Source of the DNA: Mustelus asterias
Taxonomy: Eukaryota
Assembly: GCF_964213995.1 (NCBI RefSeq)
Contig: NC_135816.1
Location: 47,182,001-47,246,000 of the forward strand
Direction of reading: 5' to 3'
Length of the DNA stretch: 64,000 nt
Shown here: positions 51,783 to 64,000 of the stretch, piece after piece
Layout of the letters: each line of letters starts with the position of its first letter
How positions within the stretch are numbered: the first letter of the stretch is position 1
Notes under the pieces: generated by a model
Seen by the model: only the letters and a program-made list of their open reading frames with translations
What the model was told of the DNA's origin: nothing
The model's database searches: none
Position numbers and translations under genes: made by a program

Positions 51783-52874
51783 GGCCGCGATTCTCCCAAA
51801 AGTGCTGAATTGGTGGGAGAACTGTTCTAAATCCCGACTGTTCTGTCAGTTCAGCTTCTCGCCTGAATCTCCCCACTCTGTGCACTGCAGTGGTCCCAGT
51901 CATGAACCTCATTAAAAACCCAGGGGTGGGGGGGGGGGGGGGGGGGGGGGGGGGAGACCTATTCACATCGGAGTTTGACAGTTCTGGAGCTCTGTGCATG
52001 CGCAGTGGTCCCGATCTGTCAGACTCCCCGTTTGTTGGCCAGCTCAATCGCTGGCCATCCCAGGACCACCGCAGTGCTGCCCCTCCAGACACCCCCCCCC
52101 CCCCCCCAGCCCGATCGCAGCCCCCACAGCAATTCCCAGGCCAGCCCTAACCCCCCCCCCCCCCCCCACCTCAGAGTGCCCCAATGTACAAACCGCCTCC
52201 CCCAGCAGTGGTGATCATCCTCAAACCCCTCACCCCAGCAGACCACCCCCCCATCCGGAGGCAGCCTTCCCCCCCTGGCAGACCAACCCCGCCCCAGCCC
52301 ACCCCAATCGCTGCCCTCCCTCCATCCCAGAGTGATCCTGTCTGCAGAGTGGCAGCGGGACCCCCCACTCCCAGTGGTCGCCCCTAGGCTCTGCCCACAT
52401 TTGGCCCTGGCCCCTTGGCACTGCCCAATGCCTGGTGGGCACTTTGCCCCTTGGGCAATGCCAGGTTGGCACTGCCAGGGTTCCTATGTCCAGGAGGCAC
52501 CACCCCCCTGCTGCCTGACACCCCCCCCCCCTTTCATTCTGGTTGGGTTTCCCGCTAGTTCCCCGAACGTGGAGAGCTGGTCTAAAGCCCGCTGGAATGA
52601 CGTACTCCTGGCGGGGTGGGAGATTCAATCGGGCCCTGAAAGGTCTTGATAATTAACTCATATACATTTTTAAATCATATTAAAAAAAGATTTAAATGAC
52701 TTACCTGCCTTCCCGACGGTTTCCAGTGTGGTCTGACCGGTGACTGTTCGCCAGCTCTGGGAGATACGCATGCATTCCCGGCGTTTGTACAAATCCCTGT
52801 TCAAGGCCGGAGATGCGTGTCTCCCACCGCAACCTGCCAGAAAAGTTGCGGGTCGCAGTGGGAGAATCGTGGCC
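51783..52874. mobile_element. MITE family A (paralog of 7218-8333)
   Basis: Termini ggccgcgattctccc ... gggagaatcgtggcc; colinear along its length with 7218-8333. Confidence 0.85.
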
Positions 52875-53464
52875 GATGTTACTGTTCAGGTTTTAAAGAT
52901 TTGAGATGCCACATATTAATCACAAATTGGCTATAGTGAAATCAATGCTGTTACTCAGTTCTATATAGTTTCCTTCATCCAATTTAAATTGAAATCTACA
53001 ACATTAATGTTGATCTTGCTGTTGGCAATTTACTTCACAATTTCATGTGGATCTCATTTGCATTCATCCCAAATTGAAAAACCTCTGTTACCAGAACAAG
53101 TTTGGTGCAAACCATTAGAGGCCTGAAGAAGAGAAAAAATCTTCTTCTTTAAGTCCCTCTTAACCTTATTGGCATTATGAAATGTAGTTCAAAGCCATCG
53201 AACCTCGAGTTATGAACTTAACCACTGCTCCATGTTTAAAGAAGATGCATTTGTAAAAGTTTCTTTTTTGTTCCCAAGGGTTACAGAATCTGAGGCATAA
53301 TGAAACATTCAAAGAAAGCCACAATATACAGTATAGGTCCCAATGATAAAAAAATAAAATCACCAAGAGAATCGTTGTCAACCTTCTGAAATAAAGTCTT
53401 GTCCCAGGCTGAAACTCCCAATGACTTCAGGTTAGGAATGGATTTACTCCATCCATATTTTGTT

Positions 53465-53759
53465 AAAGTTTATTAATTAGTCACAAATTGGCTTACATTA
53501 ACACTACAATGAAGTTACAGTGAAAATCCCCCAGTCGCCACACTCCGGCACCTTTCGGGTACACTGAGGGAGAATTTAGCATGGCCAATGCACCTAACCA
53601 GCATGTCTTTTGGACTGTGGGAGGAAACCGGAGCACCCAGTGGAAACCCACGCAGACACGGGGAGAATGTGCAGACTCCACATAGACAGTGACACAAGCC
53701 GGGAATCGAACCCAGCTCCCTGGCGCTGTGAGGCAGTAGTGCTAACCATTGTGCCACCC
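53465..53759 (-). mobile_element. V-SINE, alternative tail
   Basis: Reverse-complement head, core and tail. Confidence 0.9.
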
Positions 53760-54344
53760 GTTGGCATACATTTAAGGGAGTTCAGAAAAACAAAAGAAAC
53801 CTGCATCCCCTGGTCTTTTGAATGGTAAACTATGATTATAAGTTGTGTAAATGACTGGATAATTTTGCTTGCAATTGACCTACGATTGTTTTAAGTCACT
53901 TACGTCAGTAAAAGTCGGCTCTTATACCATTGCTCCATTGAAAATCAGGAGGAAATTGGGGTCCTGCATTTTTTAAAAATGGTACGAATTAATGGATGAA
54001 GGCTGTGCAAATTATAATTGTTACTAACCAACTTCAATAGTTGGTCTAGGCTAAATTAACTGCACGGTTTCCTCCACAACATCAAGTCGGCAGCTGCCTG
54101 AGCTGTGATGTAGTCCTCAAGGACTGCCTCTGAATAGCTACTGGATTTACACAGGACAAATAACACCTGTGGAATTGTTTGCAATCGAGAGTTCAGGACC
54201 TCAAGAAGAGGATATGGGATAAATCAGAGGATAGAACCATATTTCGAGGCATTGCGTTCCAATAAAGTTTGGACAAATCTCAGAAATCGTTCTGCATTAG
54301 AGATCTTTGGAACTTATTTTCTGACAGATGGCACTTATTGAAGT

Positions 54345-54397
54345 CATGATGTGGAGATAAACCTGTTGGACTTTAACCTGGTGTTGTGAGGCTTCTT
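54345..54397. mobile_element. 53-bp Penelope micro-insertion with 12-bp TSD
   Basis: TSD acttattgaagt at 54333-54344 and 54398-54409; insert matches pieces of the 15012-15226 element. Confidence 0.8.
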
Positions 54398-54439
54398 ACT
54401 TATTGAAGTGGGAACTGTGACACAAGGCAATAAGTAAAG

Positions 54440-55462
54440 CGTCCACAAAAGAATCACCAGTCGGTGGGTTAAAGCAACTGACCGCGTTTACCAATCATAA
54501 TTTAAATTTAAAACGGGCACTTACTGGTTTCCTAAGTGGAAGCCAATACACGCGGTGCTCTGTTTTGTGGCCAAAATCATAAGCAATCTCATGCCGCCAA
54601 GTATTTGCAGAGACGGGTCAGCTGGTCACAGCGTTGCAGCGGCAGTGCCCTTCACTGAATGGCATGGCTCGCTTTGATTATGGTGCTGTCCTACATATCA
54701 TTAAATGGGACGAGGTTGAAGCAGGAAGAGATGGACCGGAACGGCTGGTTGGCCTCTCTCTCTTTTAGATAGAGGTTACAACAAGCCCTGGGGAAATTTC
54801 AGCGGCATCCCCAGCGATGGGGTTATCGATATGTCGAGTCTGGGAAGTGGCTTTGCAGCGCTGGCTCCGGGAAGCTGGAGTTCAGCATTTAAAGTATGGG
54901 GCTGCGGCTGGAGGAGCCTGCATTCAGTGTTATAACACTGTGCAGCATTCAACCCGGAGCTGGCAGTGACTGCTCAGCACCCAGCCCAGACAGACACACA
55001 CAGACAGACAGGGCAATTAGATAAGCAGGGGCACTGGAAGAAAGCAGGCTGCATCTACGAGGCGTTTTCTTTTTGTGGGTGGGTGTTGGACAGAAGTTAC
55101 TGTGCTCACTATAAAGTTTTTGGCCAGCTTTCCTGGTGGAGAGGCGGAAACTGAGCTGGTGTGGGGGGTTTTTCTGTTGAACGGCTGGCCTTTGGAGCAG
55201 CAGCTGGAATGTTCTGCCTGACCATTTTGTGGGTGTATTGGACCTTTTAAGTTTGGGCGAGAGCCGGAGTTCCTGATTATATTCAGAAGAGAAGGGGGCA
55301 GAAAAATCTAATCGATTTCTTTATTTTAAAGGGACAAGACTGGGGTTGGTTTTTGGAAAGTTTAAAGTCTGGGGATTTAGATAAAGGTTTGGCTTTGAAG
55401 AAGAGGAGTAAGAGGGGGGAAATCATTTTAAATTTATATCTATATGTTTTTTTGTAAAGAAA
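54440..55462 (+). promoter_or_regulatory. CpG-enriched promoter / 5' UTR of a host gene
   Basis: Non-repetitive, raised GC and CpG; CCAAT at ~54491 and ~54543; TATA-like tttaaa ~54888 and ttataa ~54930; leads into a GC-rich exon. Confidence 0.55.
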
Positions 55463-55787
55463 ATGCCGATTGTGAGTAATTCCCAGGCGAATGGGGAAGC
55501 TCGCCCGCGTCTCCGCTTCAACGCTCGGCTCCCAGCCAAGCGCAGCTCCCGGTGCCCAGCGGGAGCAATCCGGGAACCGGCCTCTCCGGCTCCAGAGGGA
55601 TCGAGCCGCCTCCTGCTGCAGCCCGCGGGGGCTCGGGCCGGCCGCCTGTCCCCGGCCGCAGGCCCGGACAATGCACTCAGGCCCCGGGCTCGGGGAGCCA
55701 GCTGCAGCCCAGCTCTCCAGCAGCAGCAGCCAGCCGGCTCGGGGGCGCTGCTCGCCGCTCGATGCAGTGCCAGGATCTCAGCAGCAG
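55463..55787 (+). CDS. Probable first coding exon of an unidentified gene (low-complexity A/P/R/S-rich N-terminus MPIVSNSQANGEARPRL...); frame uncertain
   Basis: aaaATG context, very CpG-rich open stretch, consensus donor CAG|gtaag at 55787/55788; alternative ATGs at 55491 and 55762 are also open to the donor. Confidence 0.55.
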
Positions 55788-55906
55788 GTAAGAAGCGGCT
55801 CACTCAACATAGCCAACACTCAACTCTGTGTTACTGTGTAAAAAGTCAGGGGCTGAAGAGGATTCTCAAAATAGCCTCACTTTTCTATATATATATATAT
55901 ATCCAG

Positions 55907-55958
55907 GTCATTTACCTCCACAACATTGTTTGTGTCATTTACCTCCACAATATTGTTT
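55907..55958. repeat. 27-bp tandem duplication next to a (TA)n tract (55885-55902)
   Basis: gtcatttacctccacaa(c/t)attgttt twice. Confidence 0.85.
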
Positions 55959-57587
55959 AATTTTATCAATGTGTCTGCACTGTGCAAAAGAAACGCATTT
56001 TTTTTACTCCCCCTTCGATATGGTCAGAGTAACCAAATCTCTCTTCATAGACTGACTTTTGTCAGTGAAACTTTTGTCACTAAAACAGCTGGTTCAGAGA
56101 CTGTCTTCCTGATTTTCAATGCCTTGATGGAGGACTCTCTCTCGGCACAGTTGATTTTGTATGCTGCATTTCTGCAAGACGGGAGTTTAGAGATTTAAGA
56201 TTTTTTTTTTACGTGCGACCCCTTATCCCTGTCTCCACTTGCTCTCTCTGTCATTGTGAAGGTTTTTTTAAAAAAAAATCTGACCCATTGGATCGTGGCC
56301 ACAAATGTCGGATGCAAAGCAGAAGCTCGTTACCGCCCTCACCCGTGGTAAAGTTGAGGCTGTGAAGATACTATCACTGGCAAGTCAGGTGCAGTTCCTC
56401 TCCGTGCAAATCCCATCTCCCATGTTAGGATCCTGGGTCTGCAGGTCTAAGCGAACATGCGGATTTTAAAATTGCTATAATTATTTAGGGCATTTTTCAG
56501 CAGAGCAGCTCCACAGTGGAATTATTCTTGGCTGGAAGCATGTGGTGAGCGGGGGGGGGGGGGGCGGGCGACATGCGACTAAAGAGAAGGGTGCAAAGGG
56601 AAATGTTGGCAGAGTCAGCTGCCAAGTTATAATGGCAAATATTCAAACTGGTGCCACTGTGAAAGAAACTTGGAATTGATTTGGATTCCACTGGCCACGA
56701 TTTAGAAAGCTAAAATGAGCCTACATGGCACATTTTTGAGGATGTTGTGTGTCTGGTCTGACCTCTGAAAGTCTACGACAGAAAGTTAGAACTCAATTAA
56801 AATATAAAAGGGATATGTGCTTCTGGGTCCTTTTTGCTGCCACATCACAATAAGATGTTTGCTCAAGTTCATGACTAAACCACAGAATTCCAATGCCCAT
56901 GCTGTTTGGTTGACCTACTGTTACCAAACCCATGCCATTTGGTTGAAACCACACCTGGGTTTCTTGTATTCATTATACTTTAAAAATAAGAGAGTGTGTG
57001 TGTTATACGCACATTCGTAACTAGCAATGAATGAATCTCTGTGAGCGCATTGAGCACTTACAGGAACGTATGGAAATATAATTGAAGCTCCTATGCTACT
57101 ATACCATGTGGGTTCATTTTGGGTAGTAAACGGATTTGAGTGTTCTGAGATGGGCCTATCGTGAACAAAAGTCATTCTGTTTCAAAAGAAGTCATGGTCT
57201 TCTGTTCTCATGGGCAGAACAGTACAGCTTATGTGTTAAAATGTGTTCCTCGCATCATTCTGCCCTCTGACGTTGTCCATAGCACGCAGCCTCTCAGGAC
57301 CAGACGGACCATCTGTGGTCAGCTGCTGTCAGCTGCAACTGACAGTATTGTGTTTTGTCTGAAAAGGAAGCAAAGAGGTGCATGTTTAACTATTAAAACG
57401 CTAAAATTGTTTGCTTTGTTTTTGCAATAGGATATCTAAGAAATGTCATCACATGGGAAGATGATACTTTAATTAATAGTTTGATGATACTATGCTGATA
57501 GTGTTGCATTTCCTGGTGGGAGGAGGGGAAATACAGAAATGTTGACAGGACTACTCCGGTCCTACAGATGTGTAACTTGTGAGTTCC

Positions 57588-58442
57588 ACAGTGGGATCTT
57601 GATCAATTGGGCCAGTGGGCTGACAAATGGCAGATGGAGTTTAATTTAGATAAATGCGAGGTGATGCATTTTGGTAGATCGAACCAGGGCAGGACTTGCT
57701 CAGTTAATGGTAGGGCATTGGGGAGAGTTATAGAACAAAGAGATCTAGAGGTACAGGTTCATAGCTCCTTGAAAATGGAGTCAAAGGTGGACAGAGTGGT
57801 GAAGAAGGCATTCGGCATGGTTGGTTTCATTGGTCAGAACATTGAATACAGGAGTTGGGACGTCTTGTTGAAGTTGTACAAGACATTGGTAAGGCCACAC
57901 TTGGAATACTGTGTACAGTTCTGGTCACCCTGTGATAGAAAGGATATTATTAAACTAGAAAGAGTGCAGAAAAGATTTACCAAGATGCTACCAGGACTTG
58001 ATGGTTTGAGTTATAAGGAGAGGCTGGATAGACTGGGACTTTTTTCTCTGGAGCGTAGGAAGCTTAGGGGTGATCTTATAGAGGTCTATAAAATAATGAG
58101 GGATACAGATCAGCTAGATAGTCAATATCTTTTCCCAAAGGTAGGGGAGTCTAAAACTTGAGGGCATAGGTTTAAGGTGAGGGGTGAGAGATACCAAAGG
58201 GACCAGAGGAGCAATTGTTCCTCACAGAGGGTGGTGAGTGTCTGGAACAAGCAGCCAGAGGTAGTAGTAGAGGCGGGTACAATTTTGTCTTTTAAAAAGC
58301 ATTTAGACAGTTACATGGGTAAGATGGGTATAGAGGGATATGGGCCAAATGCGGGCAATTGGGACTAGCTTAGGGGTTTAAAAAAAAGGAACGGCATGGA
58401 CAAGTTGGGCCAAAAGGCCTGTTTCCATGCTGTAAACCTCTG
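57588..58442 (+). mobile_element. CR1 3' fragment
   Basis: ORF 57607..58161 (WQMEFNLDKC, LVRPHLEYCVQFWSP) and tail ggcctgtttccatgctgta. Confidence 0.9.
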
Positions 58443-58597
58443 ACGCTACGAGTGCTATTTGATAGAGGTGCCTCCTTCCCTGAAGAGTCCTATCCTCCTA
58501 GCATAAAGATACATAGCAAAGCCACAGATACTAGAGGAGCGTGATGGCATAGTGGTATTGTCACTGGAATAGTAATCTAGAGACCTGTGTTCAGTTT

Positions 58598-58920
58598 GGG
58601 CAGCACGGTGGCACAGTGGTTAGCACTGCTGCCTCACAGTGTCAGGGATCCAGGTTCAATTCTGGCCTCAAGTGACTGTGTGGAGTTTGCACTTTCTCCC
58701 CGTGTCTGCGTAGGTTTCCTCCGGGTGCTCCAATTTCCTCCCACAGCCCAAAGATGTGCGAGTTAGGTTGATTGCCCATGATAAATTGAATGTGGTGTCA
58801 AGGGGATTAGCAGGATAAATGTGTGGGGTTGCGGGAATAGGGCCTGGGTGGGATTGATTGTTGGTACATACTCGATGGGCCAAATGGTCTCCTGTGCTGG
58901 ATTCTAGGGGATTCTATGAT
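58598..58920 (+). mobile_element. HE1-type V-SINE
   Basis: Full head gggcagcacggtggcacagtggttagc, core, attctatgat tail. Confidence 0.9.
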
Positions 58921-59172
58921 AAGTTCCACCTTGGCAAATATGAGTTCAATTAAAAAAAATATCTGAAACCATTGTTGTAAAAACCCATCTAATTCTTTGG
59001 AGGAAGGAACCCTGCTTACATGTGAGTCCAGATTAAAAGCAACATGGTGACTCTTAAACGCCACCTAGTTCAGGAACAGTCAGGGATGGGAAACAAATGC
59101 AGGCGTAGCCAGCAGCACCCACATCCCATGAATTCATTTTTTAAAATTAGCAATGTATTTACATTGTCAGTA

Positions 59173-59521
59173 GGGCGGCATGGTGGCACAGTGGTTAGCA
59201 CTGCTGCCTCACAGCGTCAGAGACCCGAGTTCAATTCCAGCCTTGGTTGACTGTCTGTGTGGAGTTTGTATGTTTTCCCCCTGTCTACATGGGTTTTCAC
59301 CAGGTGCTCCGGTTTCCTCCTACAGTCCAAAGATGTGCAGGTGAGGTAGATTGGCAATGTTAAATTGCCCCTTAGTGTTCTAAGATGTGTAGGTTAGGGG
59401 GGGGTTAGTGGGGTAAAATACGTAGGGTTACGGGGATAGGGCCTGGGTAAGATGTTCTATCGGAGAGTCAGTGCAGACATGATGGACTGAATGGCCTCCT
59501 TCTGCACTGTAGGGATTCTAT
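59173..59521 (+). mobile_element. HE1-type V-SINE
   Basis: Full head, core, ctgcactgtagggattcta tail. Confidence 0.9.
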
Positions 59522-59879
59522 TGTATAATTGTGAATCTAAAAGGGCCAAATCTAAGCTCCCCAAGAAAATTTGTGGTCTGTGGTACAGAAGGAGACAATA
59601 AATCTTGCCTCTTTGAAAGTAAATTAGATAAATTGCTTATGCAGAGATGACTTTTCCAGTCAGTAACTTGAAAATAACCCTGTCTATACTGTTTAACTTA
59701 TAAACAATTAGTGATCAGAAACAGGCATTGTAAGTAAGACTCCTTACAGATTTTAATGTGAACTGTCAGGTTAAAAAATTGCCTAAATCTAGATGTTTCT
59801 TTTAAATCTATGCAATTTGTAACCATATGTTGGGCTGTTTACATCGAAAAATATTTGACAATGGTTGACACAGATTTAA

Positions 59880-60600
59880 TTTTAAAAAATGGATGGTAAG
59901 CCAAGAGGGAAATATTAAGGGTGACAAAAGCTTGATCAAATAGGTGGGTTTAAATAAGAGTGAGAGATGAGTTGGAGTGATTTTTAGGGAGGGAATTTCA
60001 TTGATTGGAGACTAGGCAGCTGAAAGCATAGTTGCCAATAGTGAAGCCAAGAAAAGCAGGTTGCTCAAGAGACGAGACCAGGTTAGAGGAATAGAAAGTT
60101 CAGGAGGGGGATCATGGGGCTTGAGGAGGCCAAAGAAGCAAAGAAGGTCGGGGTATGAAAGGGATTTAAGCACTAGATAAGAAATTTAAATTTGAAGCAT
60201 TGGGAAGAGAGTTAATGTAGGCAAGCGAGGATAGAATTGATGAGTGAGCGGGACTTGGTGTGAAATAGGATAGGAATGGAGTTTTGAAAGAGCTGCTGCT
60301 TGTGGAATGTAAAGAATGGGAGCGTGGACAGGAGATTACTCCAGCAGAAGATATCAATGTTACATGAATGGACTTGGGTGGTCACTGATGAAGCAAAGGA
60401 GTCTGGGGTCAGTTACTCAGCACAGAGTCAAAGAGGCTGAACAGCATAGACAGTGGCTGGTGCTGGGGGTTGAATCAGTTACAAAACTGTGGATTTTGAG
60501 AGAGAGGCCTAAGATGATGGTTTCAATCTTCCCTGTTGCCTAGCTCATGGATTACAGCTCGTCCAAGATTAAATATTAATCCCTAACACTCGATTGTCAG
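59880..60600 (-). mobile_element. Ancient L2-like LINE remnant
   Basis: Purine-rich strand with gggagggaatttca...ctaggcagctgaaagca pattern typical of reverse-oriented L2; heavily decayed. Confidence 0.4.
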
Positions 60601-60689
60601 ATGGGTCTCTCAACCTGACTCCTCCTGGACCCACAATGAAGATAGCGAATTGAGATCTAAGTTCAGTATAGAAAATTCAGAGTGGAATT

Positions 60690-63600
60690 GAAAAAGCAAA
60701 TAGGAGAAGCAAAGCATGTGTATGAGAAGAGACTGGCAGCAAACATAAACAAGGAATCCAAAGGTATTCTATCGGTTTATAAAAAGTAAGAGTGGCAAAA
60801 GGAGGAGTGGGGCCAAGGCAGGCGTCCTAAATTGGCTAAGGTACAAAATTAACATTTTGAATTTGTCTTTACCAAGGAAGAAGATGCCACCCGGTTCATG
60901 GTAAAAGAATGGATTGTTTCGACAAGAGATGTAAAATTGGCAATGAGGGGATATTGGATAGGCTGATTGTACTTAAAAGTTAATAAGACATCAGGACCAG
61001 ATGAGATGCATCCCAGGATACGTAGGGAAATAGGGAGAACATTGCAGAGACGCTTGCCACTATTTTCCAATCCTCATTAGATATGGGGTGCTGTCAGAGC
61101 ATTGAAGAATTGCAAATGTTGCATTCTTGTTCAAAAATATATGTAACAATAGTATCCTCAGTTTAACCTTGGCGGTCAGTAAATGTTTAGAAATTATGAT
61201 TTGGTAACAGTTATTTGAGAACTTGCTAGTTAATTAGGAGGGTCAGCAGCAATTTGCCAAGGGGAAACACATTTTAAACTAATTTGCTGAAGTTCTTTGA
61301 GCAGGTAACAGAGGGGGTTGATGAGGGCAATGCTGTTGATGTGGTGTGCAGAGACTTCCAAAAGGTGTTTGATACGGTGTGGCGCAACAAACCTGTGAAC
61401 AAAGTTAGAGCTTATGGAATAAAAGGGACAGTAGAAATGTGGATACCAAATTGGCTGAGTGATAGGAAACAGACTAGTGGTGAATGGTTGTTTGTTGGAC
61501 TGGAAGAAGGTTTATAAGAGGAAACCCCTGCTCTTTACCGAGACCATGGTATAAAGGGCACAATTTCAGAATTTGTAGATGATGCAAAACATGAAAGTTT
61601 TAGGCAGTTCAAAAGGACACGGACACATTGGTGGAACGGGTGGACAAGTGTCAGGTGAAGTTCTGAAAAGTGGTTCATTTTGGTAGGAAGAATGTGGAGA
61701 GAGAATATAAAATAAACTTCTAAAGGAGATGCAGGAGCAGAGGGACTGGGTGTATATGTGTAGAAATCATTGAAGGTGGCAGGAGAGGTTGAGAGCATGG
61801 GTAATGAAGTATAACTGGGCTTAAAAAAGCCCAGTTAAGGAAGTCACGATAAACTTTCGTAAAACATTGGTTCGGCCTCAACTGGAGAATTGCATCCAGT
61901 TTTAGACACCACACTTCAGGAAGGATATGAAGGCATTGGAGAGAGTGCAGAAAAGATACACAAGGATGATTCCAGAGACGAGGAATTTCAGCAATGAAGA
62001 TAGATTGGAGAAGTTACGACTGTTTTCCTTGAAGAGAAGGTTGAGAGGAGATTTTGTGGAGGTTTTGCTTATTGTTGTAGATAAATAATACCTCTGAGAC
62101 TAGTCGTGAGTCAAAGTACAGTGGTTTATTTTCATAAGCTTGTGGGAGAAGTCCGATCCCTAACGCGGTCTCCAGACTTCTCCCCGAATGCAGGTTAAGA
62201 TCAAATATTTATAATATATTTTCGCCCCTGGTCACGTCCGCATTTTCTCACGATTATTGCTGCCTCAGCACCTCCGCGTAGTCCGGTGTAATCGTGGCCA
62301 TCTCAAGGCTGCAACTATCTGTTCTGTCGCCTCTATGTCCAGCAGACAAGATTATAAGTTTGCATAAACAAGTTAACTGATGTACAGGGGCCTATATAAC
62401 AATTTATATCAATAAGGATGAATAGTATATAATGAATATATATGTATCTATTATTATACGATCACAGAAGGCATCCACCATGTTAAACAGCAAAGTACAT
62501 AATATAAAAGAACACAAAATGGATTCTAGCCCAGCTTCTACTAGCTGGGTTAGCCACATTCCTGAACACAATTAGCTGGGAAAAATCATGAGCTTGTACA
62601 CAGCAGCTGCTTCTCTTATCTGTTTGGATACACGAAAACAAGCTCTACGGACATGAAAACAAGCTCTACAATGCTTCTCACAAATCTCTAAGTAATATAA
62701 TGTTCGGATTTCAATGCTTTGCACAAGTGTTACAAAGTTCATTGACCCATTCCCATCTTCAATTATCATGAGGGGTTTAGACAGAATAGAGGGGGAAAAA
62801 CTCCCCATTAGTAGAAGAATCAAGAGCAAGAGGGCACAAATTTAAGGTAATTGGCAAAAATAAGCAATGGCTTGAGGAAAATCCTTTTTCCGCAGCAAGT
62901 GATTGGGGCCTGGAATACACTGCATGAGAGTGGTGGAGGAAGAATCATGACATTCCAAAGAAAATTGAAGCATTATCTGAAGCGGAAGATTGACAGGAAA
63001 AGGCAGGACAGTGGCACAAGTAAATTGCTCTTGTCGTGAGCCAGCACAGACATGTGGGCTTTCTATTTTTTTTTAAAAGTCACTTGCCTTCTTCCATCAT
63101 TTTTTGATAGGTTAAATGAGTGGCAAAAAAGTTTGGAGATGGATTATAATGCAGGGAAAATGAGAGATGGTCCACTTTGCAGAAAGATTGGATAAGCAGA
63201 ATATTTAAAAAGAGAGACATGATTTGCTTCAGTGCAGAATGACCTGGGTATCCTTGTAACTGAATCACAAAATGTCAGCATGCGGAGACAGCAAGTAATT
63301 AGAAATGTAAATAGAATGTTGGCCTTTATTGCTCAGGGACTGGAGTATAAATGTAGGGCAGTCTTGACTGCACAAGGTATTGGTGGTGAGACTACATCTG
63401 GAACACTGGGTACAGTTTTGGTCATCATCCTTAAGGAGGGATATGTTTGTATTGGAAGCAGTTTAGAGAAGGTCCCAGGCTGATTCTTAGGATGAAGGGG
63501 TTGTCTTGTGATGAAAGGTTAAGCAGGTTGGGCCTATATTTATTGGAGTTCAGAAGAATGAGAGGTGGTTTTATTGAAACATATAATATTCTGAGATTTA
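60690..63600 (+). mobile_element. Old CR1 fragments (60690-63050, interrupted by an LTR; 63100-63600)
   Basis: SGPDEMHPR, FFEQVT..VDEGNAVDVV..DFQKVFD, ERLSRLGLYLLEFRRMRG remnants. Confidence 0.8.
62073..62761 (-). mobile_element. Solo LTR (ERV-like), 689 bp
   Basis: Minus strand TGAAG...ACAACA; TATAAATA ~62210 then AATAAA ~62125; flanks cttat/attat; splits the CR1 gaggtttt|atcatgagggg coding continuity. Confidence 0.75.
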
Positions 63601-64000
63601 ATGGGAATAAAGGGGAAAACTTTCCACTGGTTGGAGTCATACCGAGTACAAACGAAGATGGTTGTGGTTGTTAAAGGTCAAGCATCTCAGTGCCAGAACA
63701 TCTCTGCTGGAGTTCCTCAGGGCAGTGTCTGCGGTCCAACCACCTTTAGCTACTTTATCAATTACCTTCTCTCCATTATAATATCATAAGTGGGGATGTT
63801 TGCATAATGTTCAGCACCATTTGCAATGATTCAGCCAATGAAGCAACACATGTTCATAAAAACAGCATGACCTGAACAACATTGAGACTTTGGTTGATGT
63901 GTGACTCAAGGGTTACAGTGCTACTTAAGTGCCAGTCAATGGCCATCTCTCCTTGAAATTTCACCATTGCCAAATCTCCCATTATCAATATTCTGGGAGT
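63600..64000 (+). mobile_element. Second LINE family RT fragment
   Basis: MGIKGKTFHWLESY...ISAGVPQGSV.GPT.F..FIN; homologous to 4490-5180. Confidence 0.75.

Noticed and set aside
51928-51954. 27-nt poly-G as a functional G-quadruplex
   Set aside because: Paralog at ~7357 has only a short G run; homopolymer expansion or sequencing error is more likely
58598-58670. tRNA gene
   Set aside because: tRNA-derived SINE head continuing directly into the V core; same for all other copies

Overview
Repeat-dominated eukaryotic DNA, almost certainly from a cartilaginous fish (shark), inferred from the HE1-type V-SINEs, CR1 LINEs and Penelope ends. Most long ORFs are LINE ORF2 fragments (CR1, Rex1/Babar and a second FDRVWH-motif LINE family). 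The window also holds about 14 tRNA-derived SINEs with two different tails, Penelope-like element remnants carrying minimal hammerhead ribozymes, a decayed Harbinger element with a spliced Myb/SANT gene plus GC-rich TIR derivatives (MITEs), a Gypsy remnant and an ERV-like solo LTR. The only credible host-gene signal is a CpG-rich promoter and first exon at about 54.5-55.8 kb (+, gene not recognised). A weak minus-strand non-coding exon chain lies at 41.6-45.5 kb. I cannot demonstrate a wholly new system. The most notable observations are an intact-looking hammerhead, a Penelope inverted-repeat insertion with a 13-bp TSD, a 28-nt piece of the neighbouring LTR element copied into a MITE between 10-bp direct repeats, a SINE subfamily with a Rex1-like tail, and Harbinger-MITE terminal linkage with an NRF1-like palindrome. 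Boundaries of decayed repeats are approximate.
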